Part shown: in pieces, positions 27,249 to 37,023 of the stretch
How the letters are laid out: each line of letters starts with the position of its first letter
Numbering within the stretch: position 1 is the first letter of the stretch
NCBI GenBank assembly: GCA_050945835.1
Contig: JBMNTR010000001.1
Coordinates: 84,090-148,089 of the forward strand
DNA from: Christensenellales bacterium
GTDB lineage: Bacteria; Bacillota; Clostridia; Christensenellales; JBMNTQ01
Reading direction: 5' to 3'
Length of the DNA stretch: 64,000 bases
Notes under the pieces: generated by a model
Database searches by the model: none
The model's input: only the letters and a program-made list of their open reading frames with translations
What the model was told of the DNA's origin: nothing
Program-made: the position numbers and the translations under genes

Positions 27249-27581
27249 ATGGAGGAAGAAAGAGATTATATCGTTTTTGAAGATGAGGACGGAAGCGAAA
27301 TAGAGTTGGATATCATCGATGTGTTTGAGCATGCGTCCAAGTATTATGCCGTGCTGATGGATCTAAGTGATATCGTAGATGAGAATGGCGGCGTTCGTGA
27401 GGATGCACCAACGGCGGAAGAAAAAGAGATGTTTATCATGGAGATCATACCCGGTGAAAAGGAAGACGAGCAGGAGTTTATCCCCGTGGATAACGATGAA
27501 CTGCTGGACGAGCTTTCAGAAGTGGTGTATGCACGTATTTTCGAAGCGAGCCAGCCCGGGAATTGTGAAGAATTAAGCTAG
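27249..27581 (+). CDS. DUF1292 domain-containing protein
   Basis: IVFEDEDGSEIELDIIDVFEHASKYYAVLMDL plus an acidic C-terminal half is typical of DUF1292. Confidence 0.8.
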   Translation: MEEERDYIVFEDEDGSEIELDIIDVFEHASKYYAVLMDLSDIVDENGGVREDAPTAEEKEMFIMEIIPGEKEDEQEFIPVDNDELLDELSEVVYARIFEASQPGNCEELS

Positions 27582-28020
27582 GGCCATACCGTGCAATTCG
27601 GCGAATATGCGGTTTTTTTCGGGGTGTTTTCTTCGTAAAATCCCCTCCAATGCTCAAAAAGGCGTTGCTGTGTTGGCGTTCTTGTGTTTGTAGTGCATGA
27701 ATGCGCGCGATTCTTTGCGGCTGCTCTATGCTGCTTTTTCGCCTTGAGACGTTTCATACAATGCGTGCGGCATCTCTGCTTGGCCGCTCGAAAAGTTTTG
27801 TGTGTTTTCGAGCTGTTTGAGTGTGCCTGTGCTGCAAAAATCTGCAACGCGCAGATTTTTAATTGAAGGCTTCATAAATATGAGCTGTTTTTCCATATAC
27901 AGAGCTTTTGGCCGGGATCTTTTGTGCAGCCGGAGCTTTTTTTTATGCCTTTTTTCACAAGCCAACAGGCATATCCGACGCTTGAAAGTATGAAGGCGGT
28001 ATTAAAGAATATTGCTGAAT

Positions 28021-28061
28021 TTGTATAAACTATTGCACTCGGCATCAATTGTTTATACAAT
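28021..28061 (+). promoter_or_regulatory. sigma-A-type promoter bracketed by a 10-bp inverted repeat
   Basis: TTGTATAAAC (28021-28030) and GTTTATACAA (28051-28060) form the inverted repeat. Promoter: TTGCAC (28033-28038), 17 nt spacer, TACAAT (28056-28061). Confidence 0.5.
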
Positions 28062-28374
28062 GATGATGATCAAGACATGCATTTAACTTGTTTACACACG
28101 CCAAAAGGGTGGCTTTTTATCACACGATGCATGTTTGGCACGGTCTATTTTCTGCTTTGCGATAGTGGGTCTACATCGCGGCACCGTGGCAATTCTTTCG
28201 TTTTACCAGTCGGAATTCGAAGGAATACCCTCTTTTTTGTTGGCGTAAGCCAGAAGAGACCAGACGGGAAACCTTGTTTGCCCACCAACCAGTGTTCTTG
28301 CAGCAGGTTCGACAAGCCTTTTTGCGGCCGGCTGCAATTCGGATACGAATAGATTGCGAAGGAGGAAATTTTTT

Positions 28375-29448
28375 ATGTCTAAAAACGTCACAAAAATGGA
28401 TTTAAAAGAAGATAAAACGATATGGGGCTTTATTAAAAGGGCGGCACGGCGCTACTTTTTAGACGCTTTGTCCGCCATGGCGCTGGGGCTTTTCGCGTCG
28501 CTGCTCATTGGAACAATACTCGAACAGATCGCAAAAATATTCGGGCTGGATGTATTGATTTCTATTGCCGAAGTTGCAAAGAATGGTTATGTGGTGGGCG
28601 CCGCGATCGGCGTTGCCATCGCCAGGGCGCTGAAAGTCGCGCCGCTGGCCATTTTTACGGCTGCCGTTACGGGCGCTGCGGGCTATATGGGCGGAGGCGG
28701 GCCGGTAGGCGCTTATGTCGCCGCTGTGGTGGGCGCTGAATTCGGGAATCTGGTCGCGGGCAAAACGAAGGTGGATATCATACTGGTGCCTTTGGTCGCG
28801 CTCGTCACCGGCGGGCTGGTGGGCATCTTCTTAGGGCCGCCGCTGGACGCCTTCATGAAGTGGCTGGGCGTTTTGATCGGGCAGGCCACGTTGTTAGCAC
28901 CCATTCCCATGGGTATCATCGTGTCTGTGGCGATGGGGCTGATTTTAACAGCGCCCATTTCCAGCGCGGCTTTGGCAGCCATGATCTTTACGGACGCCAC
29001 AGCCCCCGGCGTTGCGCTGGCGGCCGGTGCTGCGACGGTAGGCTGCTGCGCGCAGATGGTCGGTTTTGCCGTTTCCAGTTGGCGTGAGAACAAGATGGGC
29101 GGGCTGCTTGCACAAGGGCTGGGGACGTCCATGCTGCAGGTTGCGAATATCCTCAGGCATCCGTTGATACTGATCCCGCCCACTTTAGCCTCCGCGATAT
29201 TGGGGCCGCTGTCCACCACGCTGTTCGGCATGACCAACCTAGGCGTTGCAGCCGGTATGGGCACATGCGGGCTGGTGGGGCAGATCGGTACGTTTACGTT
29301 TATGGGTGCGACAGAAGATTTCACGACGATCCTCATCAAGGTGCTGCTGCTGCATATCATATTGCCTGCTGTGCTGTCCTTGCTGTTCAGCGAGGCGATG
29401 CGCAAAAAAGGCTGGATCAAATTCGGCGATATGAAGCTGGAGCTTTAA
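28375..29448 (+). CDS. polytopic membrane protein, PTS EIIC_2-like permease family
   Basis: ATG at 28375 lies 8 nt after GAAGGAGG. Gly/Ala-rich, with about 10 TM helices. Assigned to the stand-alone EIIC_2-type family from recall. No EIIA or EIIB gene is adjacent. Confidence 0.65.
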   Translation: MSKNVTKMDLKEDKTIWGFIKRAARRYFLDALSAMALGLFASLLIGTILEQIAKIFGLDVLISIAEVAKNGYVVGAAIGVAIARALKVAPLAIFTAAVTGAAGYMGGGGPVGAYVAAVVGAEFGNLVAGKTKVDIILVPLVALVTGGLVGIFLGPPLDAFMKWLGVLIGQATLLAPIPMGIIVSVAMGLILTAPISSAALAAMIFTDATAPGVALAAGAATVGCCAQMVGFAVSSWRENKMGGLLAQGLGTSMLQVANILRHPLILIPPTLASAILGPLSTTLFGMTNLGVAAGMGTCGLVGQIGTFTFMGATEDFTTILIKVLLLHIILPAVLSLLFSEAMRKKGWIKFGDMKLEL

Positions 29449-29465
29449 CAAAAAGATATTCGAAC

Positions 29466-29491
29466 AAAAAAGTGGCGAAAGCCACTTTTTT
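29466..29491 (+). terminator. rho-independent terminator
   Basis: AAGTGGC-GAAA-GCCACTTTTTT. Confidence 0.85.
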
Positions 29492-29577
29492 CGTTGGGCA
29501 GGTGTGTGCTGTTCCCGCACAAAAGGCCCATGTCTTCATAGGCTCTTCCAATCCTCGGGGAAAAGGATGTATTTTAT

Positions 29578-29606
29578 TTGTATTGCTGAGCGAACTTCGG
29601 TATAAT
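29578..29606 (+). promoter_or_regulatory. sigma-A-type promoter for serS
   Basis: TTGTAT, 17 nt spacer, TATAAT, about 20 nt before the ATG. There is no room for a T-box leader. Confidence 0.6.
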
Positions 29607-29627
29607 AAACTGATGAGGTGAAAGAAC

Positions 29628-30890
29628 ATGCTGGACATCAAAAGAATTATTCAAGACCCGGAAGCGTTCAAAATGGCTATGAACAAACGGAATTTCGAAG
29701 CCGATTACGATGGTTTGCTGGAGCTGTCTGCGCAGCGCAGGGAGATCTTGCAGGAAGCGGAATCGCTCAAGGCGCAGCGCAACGCTGTATCGGCGCAAAT
29801 TCCCGCGCTGGCGAAAAAGGGGGAGGACACATCCCCGCTCAAGAATCAGATGCGGCAGGTGGGCGGCCGGATCAGCGAGCTGGACGAGCGGCTTAAGGGC
29901 GTTGAGCAGCAGTTGGAAGACAAGCTGCTGCGCATTCCGAATATGCCGCATGATTCCGTGCTGCCGGGGAAAGACGAAAAGGACAATGTGGAGGTGCGCA
30001 GGGTAGGCACACCGCCCGAATTTGATTTTGAGCCGCTGCCGCATTGGGATATCGGCACAGATTTAAACATACTCGATTTTATCACCGCCGCGAAAACCAC
30101 GGGGGCACGGTTTGTGTTCTCTAAAGGCTTGGGTGCGAAGCTGGAGCGTGCGCTGATCAGCTATATGCTGGATCTGCACACGCAAAACGGCTATGAAGAA
30201 GTGTTGCCGCCCTATATGGTCAACCGCGCTTCCATGACAGGCACGGGCCAACTGCCCAAATTCGAGGAAGACGCCTTTAAACTGGCTGGAACGGATTATT
30301 TCATGATACCCACGGCGGAGGTTCCGGTGACGAATATGTACCGCGACAGCATCGTAGAGCACCCGCTGCCGCTAAAATACACGGCTTACAGCGCGTGTTT
30401 CCGCGCAGAGGCGGGCAGCGCCGGGCGGGACACGCGAGGGTTGGTCCGCCTGCATCAGTTCAACAAGGTGGAGCTGGTGAAATTTGCAAACCCCGATTCT
30501 TCTTATGACGAGCTCGAATCCTTAACCCGTGACGCCGAAAGGGTGCTGCAAGGCTTAGGGCTTGCTTATCGCGTGATCAGCCTTTGCGGCGGGGACTTGG
30601 GGTTCAGTGCTGCAAAGACATACGACATCGAGGTGTATATGCCGAGCTATGGGCGGTATGTGGAGATTTCGTCCTGCTCGAATTTTGAAGATTATCAGGC
30701 GCGGCGCGCCAACATCCGCTATCGCGCGGATAAAAAGGGCAAACCTGCGCTGCTGCATACGTTAAACGGCTCGGGCCTTGCTGTGGGGCGTACTTTGGCC
30801 TGTATTTTGGAAACATACCAGCAAAAAGACGGCAGCGTGTGCGTGCCTCAGGCGCTGCGTGCGTATATGGGCACGGATGTCATCCGTTAG
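29628..30890 (+). CDS. serS: seryl-tRNA synthetase
   Basis: 420 aa. N-terminal coiled coil ([12 protein letters not shown]...). Class II motifs [21 protein letters not shown] and [10 protein letters not shown]. Confidence 0.95.
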   Translation: MLDIKRIIQDPEAFKMAMNKRNFEADYDGLLELSAQRREILQEAESLKAQRNAVSAQIPALAKKGEDTSPLKNQMRQVGGRISELDERLKGVEQQLEDKLLRIPNMPHDSVLPGKDEKDNVEVRRVGTPPEFDFEPLPHWDIGTDLNILDFITAAKTTGARFVFSKGLGAKLERALISYMLDLHTQNGYEEVLPPYMVNRASMTGTGQLPKFEEDAFKLAGTDYFMIPTAEVPVTNMYRDSIVEHPLPLKYTAYSACFRAEAGSAGRDTRGLVRLHQFNKVELVKFANPDSSYDELESLTRDAERVLQGLGLAYRVISLCGGDLGFSAAKTYDIEVYMPSYGRYVEISSCSNFEDYQARRANIRYRADKKGKPALLHTLNGSGLAVGRTLACILETYQQKDGSVCVPQALRAYMGTDVIR

Positions 30891-30954
30891 AGGGGGGCTG
30901 CTTGCCCGCGCTGCATTTTTTGGATGATCAAAGGCATGAAGTGAGGTAGACTTT

Positions 30955-32055
30955 TTGAGCAAACCCATGTTATCCATCAAAGAATCCATACTGCTGCTGC
31001 TCGTGGTGGCCGTAGCCGTGTTGGCGTTGGTTTTTTCATCGGCAATGAGTGCATTCGGTCTGTTTGCGCTGTTGCTGGTCGGCGTGGCGGCGTGCGTGCT
31101 GCTGTTTGGATCCGCGGGATTCATCTATCTGGCCGTCAGGCACTCCTTTTCATATGCGCTCACTTGCCTGGCGTTGAGCGCTGTGGTTGTGGGTGTGCTC
31201 ACAGGCAGCTATCTTGCGGGCGTTTTGTTCATGCTCTATACGCTGCCGCCCACCGTGGCCATCGCGCTCTGTTTAAAGAAGGATCGCTTTCGCTTTCAAA
31301 CATTCTTCATCGGTTTTGCCGCATACCTGCTGGGGGCGGCTCTGATCGCGGGATTTATCAGGCTCTATGCCGGTCAGGATATATTGAGCTGGGCGCTCGG
31401 GCTGTTTGAGGACGCATTTACCAATGCGGCGCCGGACACGGAAGCCTATCGCTACATGGTCATGTTCGGATATTTTGATTCCATAGCGGATCTGCCGCTG
31501 GGGATGGGTACACAGGGTTTTTTAGATGCGATGCTGGGCACGACGGTGCTGGATGCGGCGGTTTATGCGCCGCGCGCATTGACACAGATTGAATGGATGA
31601 TGAACAACGCTCTGCCGACGCTGCTGCTGGATATTTCGTTGCTGGGCAGCCTGGTTTCCTTTGGGGTGCCGCATAAGTTCGCGCGCAAGCATATGGAAAG
31701 CTTAAAGCCCATGAAACCCTTTTCCGAATGGGAGTTGCCGCTGGGCGTGCTGATCGTGCTGGCTGTGATTGGAATTGGCGCCACGCTGTTTGCGGGTGAA
31801 TATCCGGACGCTTCCACCATGGCGTCCAATCTGGCGCTGCAGATGGGCATTTCGCTTTACACCGTGATCGGGGTGAGCACGGCGGTATTCTTCATGAAAA
31901 AGCTGGGCAGGACCAAAGGTATGACTTTGCTGCTCATACTGATGCTGATGATGATCACGCAATTCACGCTGGTGGTGCTGGGCGTGGTCGAGCAGTGTTT
32001 TCGTTTGCGTAAAAGGGCGCAGCAACAACCGCCGTCGGATCAAAACAGACCGTAG
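30955..32055 (+). CDS. DUF2232 (YybS-like) integral membrane protein
   Basis: About 9 TM helices. It sits directly upstream of rplI-dnaB, as in the Bacillus yybS locus. Confidence 0.7.
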   Translation: MSKPMLSIKESILLLLVVAVAVLALVFSSAMSAFGLFALLLVGVAACVLLFGSAGFIYLAVRHSFSYALTCLALSAVVVGVLTGSYLAGVLFMLYTLPPTVAIALCLKKDRFRFQTFFIGFAAYLLGAALIAGFIRLYAGQDILSWALGLFEDAFTNAAPDTEAYRYMVMFGYFDSIADLPLGMGTQGFLDAMLGTTVLDAAVYAPRALTQIEWMMNNALPTLLLDISLLGSLVSFGVPHKFARKHMESLKPMKPFSEWELPLGVLIVLAVIGIGATLFAGEYPDASTMASNLALQMGISLYTVIGVSTAVFFMKKLGRTKGMTLLLILMLMMITQFTLVVLGVVEQCFRLRKRAQQQPPSDQNRP

Positions 32056-32077
32056 AACTGTGAAGGAGGTCATAGAT

Positions 32078-32527
32078 ATGAAAGTAATTTTACAGCAAGA
32101 TGTGAAGGGCAGTGGAAAAAAAGGCGATGTGATCAATGTCAGCGACGGGTATGCGCGCAACTATTTGCTTCCGAAGGGCCTTGCGCAGCCGGCGGACGTC
32201 GCCAATATGAATGAACACAAACAACAGAAAAAAACACAAGCCTATCGGGCGCAGCAGCAGCGTGAGGCGGCCGAGGAGACGGCGCAAAAGCTCAACGGCC
32301 AGACGGTGCGCATCGAGGCGAAATGCGGCACGAAGGGCAAGCTGTTTGGCTCTATCACCTCCAAGGAAATTGCCGATGCGATGAGCGGGCTGGGATTCAC
32401 GATCGACAAAAAGAAGATCGATCTGAAAGAACCCATACGCGCGCTGGGTGTTGTGGAGGTGCAAATCAAGCTGCAAAGCGGCATACAGGCGAAGGTGAAT
32501 GTGGAGGTCGTCGCGCAGGAAGCCTGA
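32078..32527 (+). CDS. rplI: 50S ribosomal protein L9
   Basis: [36 protein letters not shown] is the canonical L9 N-terminus. Confidence 0.95.
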   Translation: MKVILQQDVKGSGKKGDVINVSDGYARNYLLPKGLAQPADVANMNEHKQQKKTQAYRAQQQREAAEETAQKLNGQTVRIEAKCGTKGKLFGSITSKEIADAMSGLGFTIDKKKIDLKEPIRALGVVEVQIKLQSGIQAKVNVEVVAQEA

Positions 32528-32579
32528 AAAGAGCTGAGTTTTTCAGCATATCCCGCCAAAGAAGGAGGAAGGAAGCCCA

Positions 32580-33893
32580 TTGAACGATAAGCGCATACCG
32601 CCGCACAACCGGGAGGCGGAACAGTCTGTGTTGGGCAGCATGCTCATAGATGCGGCGAGCGTAGCCTTGGCTGTGGAGGCGTTATCGCCGGACAGTTTTT
32701 ATAATCCGTCCCACAAGGAAATCTTTGAAGCGATGTGTTTCTTGCATGAGAACGGAAAACCGATCGACCTTGTGACCATCACGGACGAACTGGACCGGCG
32801 CAAAACGATATCGAAGGTAGGCGGCATCGAATATTTAACGGAGCTTTCCATGTTCGTGCCGGCCACATCGAATGTTTCGCATTATATCGCCATCGTAGAA
32901 GAACGGGCCACGCTGCGCAGACTGATACAGGCGGGCAGCCAAATCGCAAAGGAGTCCTTCGAATCGGAGCTGGCGCTGGAAGAGATCATCGATAAAGCGG
33001 AAAAACGCATATTCGACATCTGCATGCGCAAGCAGGGGGAATCCCTGCTGCACATCAAAGAAGCGTTGTCTGAAGGCTTTTTGGCCATCAACGCCGCAGT
33101 GAAGAACAAGGGCGGTATCACGGGTACACCTACGGGCTTCAATGAATTGGATAAGCTCACCTCGGGGCTGCATGAAACGGAGCTGGTCATCGTGGCCGGG
33201 CGTCCGAGCTCGGGCAAAACGAGCTTTGCTATGAACATCGTGCAGAATGCCGCGCTGAAGCACAATATCCCGGCGGCGGTGTTTTCGCTGGAAATGCCCG
33301 CTAGGCAGTTGGGCATACGCATGATGTGCTCGGATGCTTCTGTGGATATGGAGAAGGTGAAATCGGGGAATCTGTCGCTGGACGAAATACAGCGGCTGGC
33401 GCAGTCCATGGGGCGTTTGAGCCTCGCACCCATCTATGTGGACGATACGCGCAGCATATCGCCATTGGAGATCAGAAGCCGCTGCCGCAGGCTGAAAATA
33501 GAAAAAGGGCTTGGCTTGGTGGTGGTGGATTATCTGCAGCTCATGGAAGGATCCGCGCGCGCGGAAAACCGGCTGCAAGCGGTTTCGCAGATGACACGCC
33601 AGTTTAAAAACATGGCGTTTGACTTAGAGTGCCCCATCATATTACTGTCGCAGCTTTCGCGTGAATCGGAAAAACAGGGCCGGCGTCCCAGGCTGTCCGA
33701 CCTGCGTGAATCAGGCTCCATTGAGCAGGATGCGGACATCGTGATGTTTGTGCACAGGGAAGCTTTAGCCGAAAACGAGGAGGATAAGGGCAAGGCCGAG
33801 ATCATTTTAGCCAAGCAGCGCAACGGCCCCACGGATATCATCCGGCTGGCCTGGCAGGGGGAGTATACACGCTTCTTAGACGCCGCGTTTTAA
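32580..33893 (+). CDS. dnaB: replicative DNA helicase
   Basis: PPHNREAEQSVLGSML N-terminus. Walker A GRPSSGKTSFA. SLEM, VVVDYLQL and SQLSR motifs. Confidence 0.95.
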   Translation: MNDKRIPPHNREAEQSVLGSMLIDAASVALAVEALSPDSFYNPSHKEIFEAMCFLHENGKPIDLVTITDELDRRKTISKVGGIEYLTELSMFVPATSNVSHYIAIVEERATLRRLIQAGSQIAKESFESELALEEIIDKAEKRIFDICMRKQGESLLHIKEALSEGFLAINAAVKNKGGITGTPTGFNELDKLTSGLHETELVIVAGRPSSGKTSFAMNIVQNAALKHNIPAAVFSLEMPARQLGIRMMCSDASVDMEKVKSGNLSLDEIQRLAQSMGRLSLAPIYVDDTRSISPLEIRSRCRRLKIEKGLGLVVVDYLQLMEGSARAENRLQAVSQMTRQFKNMAFDLECPIILLSQLSRESEKQGRRPRLSDLRESGSIEQDADIVMFVHREALAENEEDKGKAEIILAKQRNGPTDIIRLAWQGEYTRFLDAAF

Positions 33894-33967
33894 AATCAAA
33901 AAAATTTCTCGGAAGTTAAAATTCGTTAAAACATTCGAAAAAACGCTGGTGATGCGGCTTCTTAATA

Positions 33968-33995
33968 AAACCACCTTTTTATTCAGGTGGTTTTT
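33968..33995 (+). terminator. rho-independent terminator
   Basis: AAACCACCT-TTTTATTC-AGGTGGTTTTT. Confidence 0.85.
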
Positions 33996-34062
33996 CCTAT
34001 TTTATATTTGTATGGATTCGGCAATACTAAAAACAAGAAAATCAAATGGGGGTTTTGCCGTT

Positions 34063-35313
34063 TTGAACCAATTGATTGTACCTAAAAGCCGGCCGTTAAC
34101 CGGACGTGTGCGTGTGAGCGCGGCTAAAAATGCACTCTTGCCGGAAATGGCCGCGGCGCTTTTATGTGATCATACCGTGCTGGAAGATGTACCCAGATTA
34201 CAGGATGTTTTTGTAATGGCTGGCATTTTGCGTAAATTTGGCGCAGAAATCACGACCCACGGACGCGCATTCGTCATCGATTGCAGCCATATCAACTCCT
34301 ATGAGGCCATAGACGGCCCGGTGCATAAGCTGCGCGCCTCCATATTGGTGCTGGGCCCTTTGCTGGCGCGTTATGGCGAAGCGAGGATCGGTACGCCGGG
34401 CGGATGCCCCATTGGCGAACGGCCTATCGATATCCATATTGAAGGGCTTCGTGCCATGAATGCGCAAATCAGCATCAACGGTCATATCGAAGCGACGACC
34501 ACAGGGTTGCGCGGTGCGGATATTATGCTGCCCTATCCCAGCGTGGGAGCGACGGAGAATCTGATGATGGCGGCCACATTGGCCAAAGGGAAGACGATCA
34601 TACGCAATGCCGCAAAGGAGCCTGAGATCGGGGATCTGGCGCAGATGCTGCGTGCGATGGGCGCACACATTGAGGGCGAAGCGGAGGGTGAGATCCATAT
34701 AGAAGGAAAAAAATCATTGAGCAGCGTGGTGCATCACCCCATACCCGACCGCATCGAAACGGGCACTTTGATGGTGGCGGCTGCCATCACGGGCGGAGAT
34801 GTTACGCTGCAGCCGGTGCGCTGTGAGCATCTGCTGCCTACCTGCATCGCATTAAGTCAGGCAGGTGCAAGGATCAGCGTGGCAGGCAACGCCATACGCG
34901 TGCAGGCGCCGCCGAGATTACAGCCGCTCAACGTGCGCTCTATGCCGTATCCGGGGTTTCCCACCGACATGCAGGCGCAGGCCATGGCGCTGGCCTGCTG
35001 CGCAGAAGGGCAAAGCCGGATCGAGGAGACGGTGTTTGAAAACAGGTTCCGGCATGCAGAAGAGATGCGCAAGATGGGCGCGGATATTCTGATACACGAT
35101 TCCTATGCCCTCATCAACGGCGGCAACACATTAGAAGGCGCACAGGTGAAGGCGACGGACCTGCGCGGCGGTGCGGCGCTGGCCTTGGCGGGGCTGCGTG
35201 CGCAGGGTGTCACCAGCATCAGCGATGTGTACAACATCGATCGCGGATATGAACGCTTAGACATCAAGCTGAACAGCTTGGGTGCGGATATCAGGCGGGT
35301 CGGCCTGATGTAG
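34063..35313 (+). CDS. murA: UDP-N-acetylglucosamine 1-carboxyvinyltransferase
   Basis: LIVPKSRPLTGRVRVSAAKNALL and the active-site Cys context PGGCPIGERPID. Probable TTG start at 34063 after GGGGG; the tracked ORF extends to 33949 across the terminator. Confidence 0.9.
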   Translation: MNQLIVPKSRPLTGRVRVSAAKNALLPEMAAALLCDHTVLEDVPRLQDVFVMAGILRKFGAEITTHGRAFVIDCSHINSYEAIDGPVHKLRASILVLGPLLARYGEARIGTPGGCPIGERPIDIHIEGLRAMNAQISINGHIEATTTGLRGADIMLPYPSVGATENLMMAATLAKGKTIIRNAAKEPEIGDLAQMLRAMGAHIEGEAEGEIHIEGKKSLSSVVHHPIPDRIETGTLMVAAAITGGDVTLQPVRCEHLLPTCIALSQAGARISVAGNAIRVQAPPRLQPLNVRSMPYPGFPTDMQAQAMALACCAEGQSRIEETVFENRFRHAEEMRKMGADILIHDSYALINGGNTLEGAQVKATDLRGGAALALAGLRAQGVTSISDVYNIDRGYERLDIKLNSLGADIRRVGLM

Positions 35314-35335
35314 TGAAAACGAAGGCAGCAGGCAT

Positions 35336-35371
35336 ATAAAAACGCCGGATCAAGCGAATCCGGCGTTTTTG
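35336..35371. terminator. bidirectional rho-independent terminator
   Basis: AACGCCGGAT-CAAGCGA-ATCCGGCGTT flanked by A and T runs. Confidence 0.85.
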
Positions 35372-35391
35372 AGAATATGTTTTGCAGCACG

Positions 35392-36423
35392 CTAGAGCGT
35401 GATCTCCACCTTGACGGCGCGGTCTGCGTCCTTTGCGGCCAAAAAAGCCTCTTCCATCTGCTCCTTGGTGAAGGAATGCGATATGAGCTTGCGTGCTTGC
35501 TGCCGATGTGTGTTGAGAAAATCCAAAACGGTTTCAAACTGCCCGGTTCCGCCTATGCTGCCCAGCACACGCAGTGATTTGATGACCATCATCTTCTGCG
35601 CAAATGAAGCTTCCCCCAGCATACCCAAGCAGCCGATGATGCCCAGCGTGCGCGCCAGATTGAAGCAATGGGCGAACACCTCGTTTACACCGGTGGTTTC
35701 GATGATGACGTCGTATTTCGCGGCGGAATAGATGGCGTTGTAGCTGCTGTCTTTGGGCGCGTACTCGAGCGCTTCAGGCGAGGGTATGACGGCGCCCAGC
35801 TCGTGTGCGATGCGGCAGCGGTTGTCGATCAGATCGACCAGGCTGATATCCTGTGCGCCATAATGATAGCGAAGCAGCAGCAGCGCCGAGAGCCCGATGG
35901 TTCCTCCGCCGTAGATGAGTATTTTTTTATGGTGAAAGTCGCTCTGCATGCGTTTGATCTTCTCCAGCATATTGGCGGCCACCGCTACAGGCTCTGTCAG
36001 CGCGACGAGATCGTGCGACAAGCCCTTGGGTGCGGGGTAGATATATTTTTCATCGCGCACCACATACTCGGCGGAGGTGCCGTCTATGGTGATGCCGCAC
36101 TTTTCGATGGTGTCACAGACATTTTTATCCACAGCACAGGCGGCGCAAGCACCGCAGAAGAACGAGCAGTCGCCCGTTACGACATCGCCCGGCTGGACTT
36201 TGCGCACAGCGCGGCCCGCCTTCACCACCTCGCCGGACCATTCATGGCCGAAGCGCACCGGATAACCGCACGGGCCGTTGTAAGTCCCGTTGAACAAGTG
36301 CAGGTCGCTGCCGCACAGTCCGATGGTATGCATTTTGATGAGCACTTCATGATCGGAAATGGCGGGTATGGGTTCTTCATAGGATTCGATTTTACCAGGT
36401 TCTTGCAGGTAATAGCTTCTCAT
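35392..36423 (-). CDS. zinc-dependent medium-chain alcohol/polyol dehydrogenase
   Basis: GLCGSDLH, GHEWSGEV, structural-zinc Cys cluster CSFFCGACAACAVDKNVC, GGGTIGL Rossmann motif. Confidence 0.85.
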   Translation of the reverse strand: MRSYYLQEPGKIESYEEPIPAISDHEVLIKMHTIGLCGSDLHLFNGTYNGPCGYPVRFGHEWSGEVVKAGRAVRKVQPGDVVTGDCSFFCGACAACAVDKNVCDTIEKCGITIDGTSAEYVVRDEKYIYPAPKGLSHDLVALTEPVAVAANMLEKIKRMQSDFHHKKILIYGGGTIGLSALLLLRYHYGAQDISLVDLIDNRCRIAHELGAVIPSPEALEYAPKDSSYNAIYSAAKYDVIIETTGVNEVFAHCFNLARTLGIIGCLGMLGEASFAQKMMVIKSLRVLGSIGGTGQFETVLDFLNTHRQQARKLISHSFTKEQMEEAFLAAKDADRAVKVEITL

Positions 36424-36515
36424 GGATCATAACACCCCTTCTTGATGGATCAAATAAAAACAGCCGTCAACGTTGCTGTTCAAAAAGCAAGCCGCGGCTG
36501 TCTTTATTGGTTTGC

Positions 36516-36701
36516 TTACTCAGCGGAAATTGCGCTGACCGGGCATTCACCTTCACATGCGCCGCAGTCGATGCATGTATCGGGATCGATTACATACGAG
36601 GAATCGCCCTGTGAGATCGCATCCGTGGGGCATGCGGGCTCACACGCGCCGCAATTGATACACTCTTCACTATCGATTTTATATGCCATTGAGAAAGTCA
36701 C
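36516..36701 (-). CDS. 2x[4Fe-4S] ferredoxin
   Basis: 61 aa. CINCGACEPACP and CIDCGACEGECP motifs. Confidence 0.9.
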   Translation of the reverse strand: MTFSMAYKIDSEECINCGACEPACPTDAISQGDSSYVIDPDTCIDCGACEGECPVSAISAE

Positions 36702-37023
36702 CTCCCCATTCTTGTAATATTATTGTAGCATTCGTGGTGCAAAATGCAATATTAAGATATTGTTTCATTTAGGCCTAAATCGCATGTTTTCTTTCATAAA
36801 TTGTACAAATGGGTGTGTTTGCGTGCTTTTTTTGTTCAACCAGCGAAGAAAAAAGGAAAACGCACCCTTGGGGAGTCCACGGCGCGAGCGCAATATATGC
36901 CCGCACCGCAGGTGTTTTTCCGACTGCTTCCCTTAAAAACAGGTGCAAGAAAAGCGCCGCTGCTTTTAGCATATAAAAAGGACGCGGCATAAACCGCGCC
37001 CTTTTGAAGGGAACCCAAATTCC

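Noticed and set aside
27684-27866. A 60-aa Cys/Phe-rich ORF ending in a terminator-like hairpin, considered as a possible small peptide or bacteriocin precursor.
   Set aside because: It has a non-ATG start with no RBS and no leader or processing motif. No modification, immunity or transporter genes are nearby. Its composition is consistent with a random frame.
28105-28112. AAGGGTGG resembling the T-box core (GGGTGGTACCGCG) in the permease leader.
   Set aside because: Only 6-7 nt match. No specifier loop, antiterminator or terminator arrangement follows, and it lies about 260 nt from the start codon.
36125-36133. Perfect DnaA box TTATCCACA, considered alongside the origin-proximal-type genes (dnaB, rplI, serS).
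   Set aside because: It is a single box inside a dehydrogenase coding region. There is no box cluster, no AT-rich unwinding element and no dnaA/dnaN in the window, so there is no evidence for oriC here.
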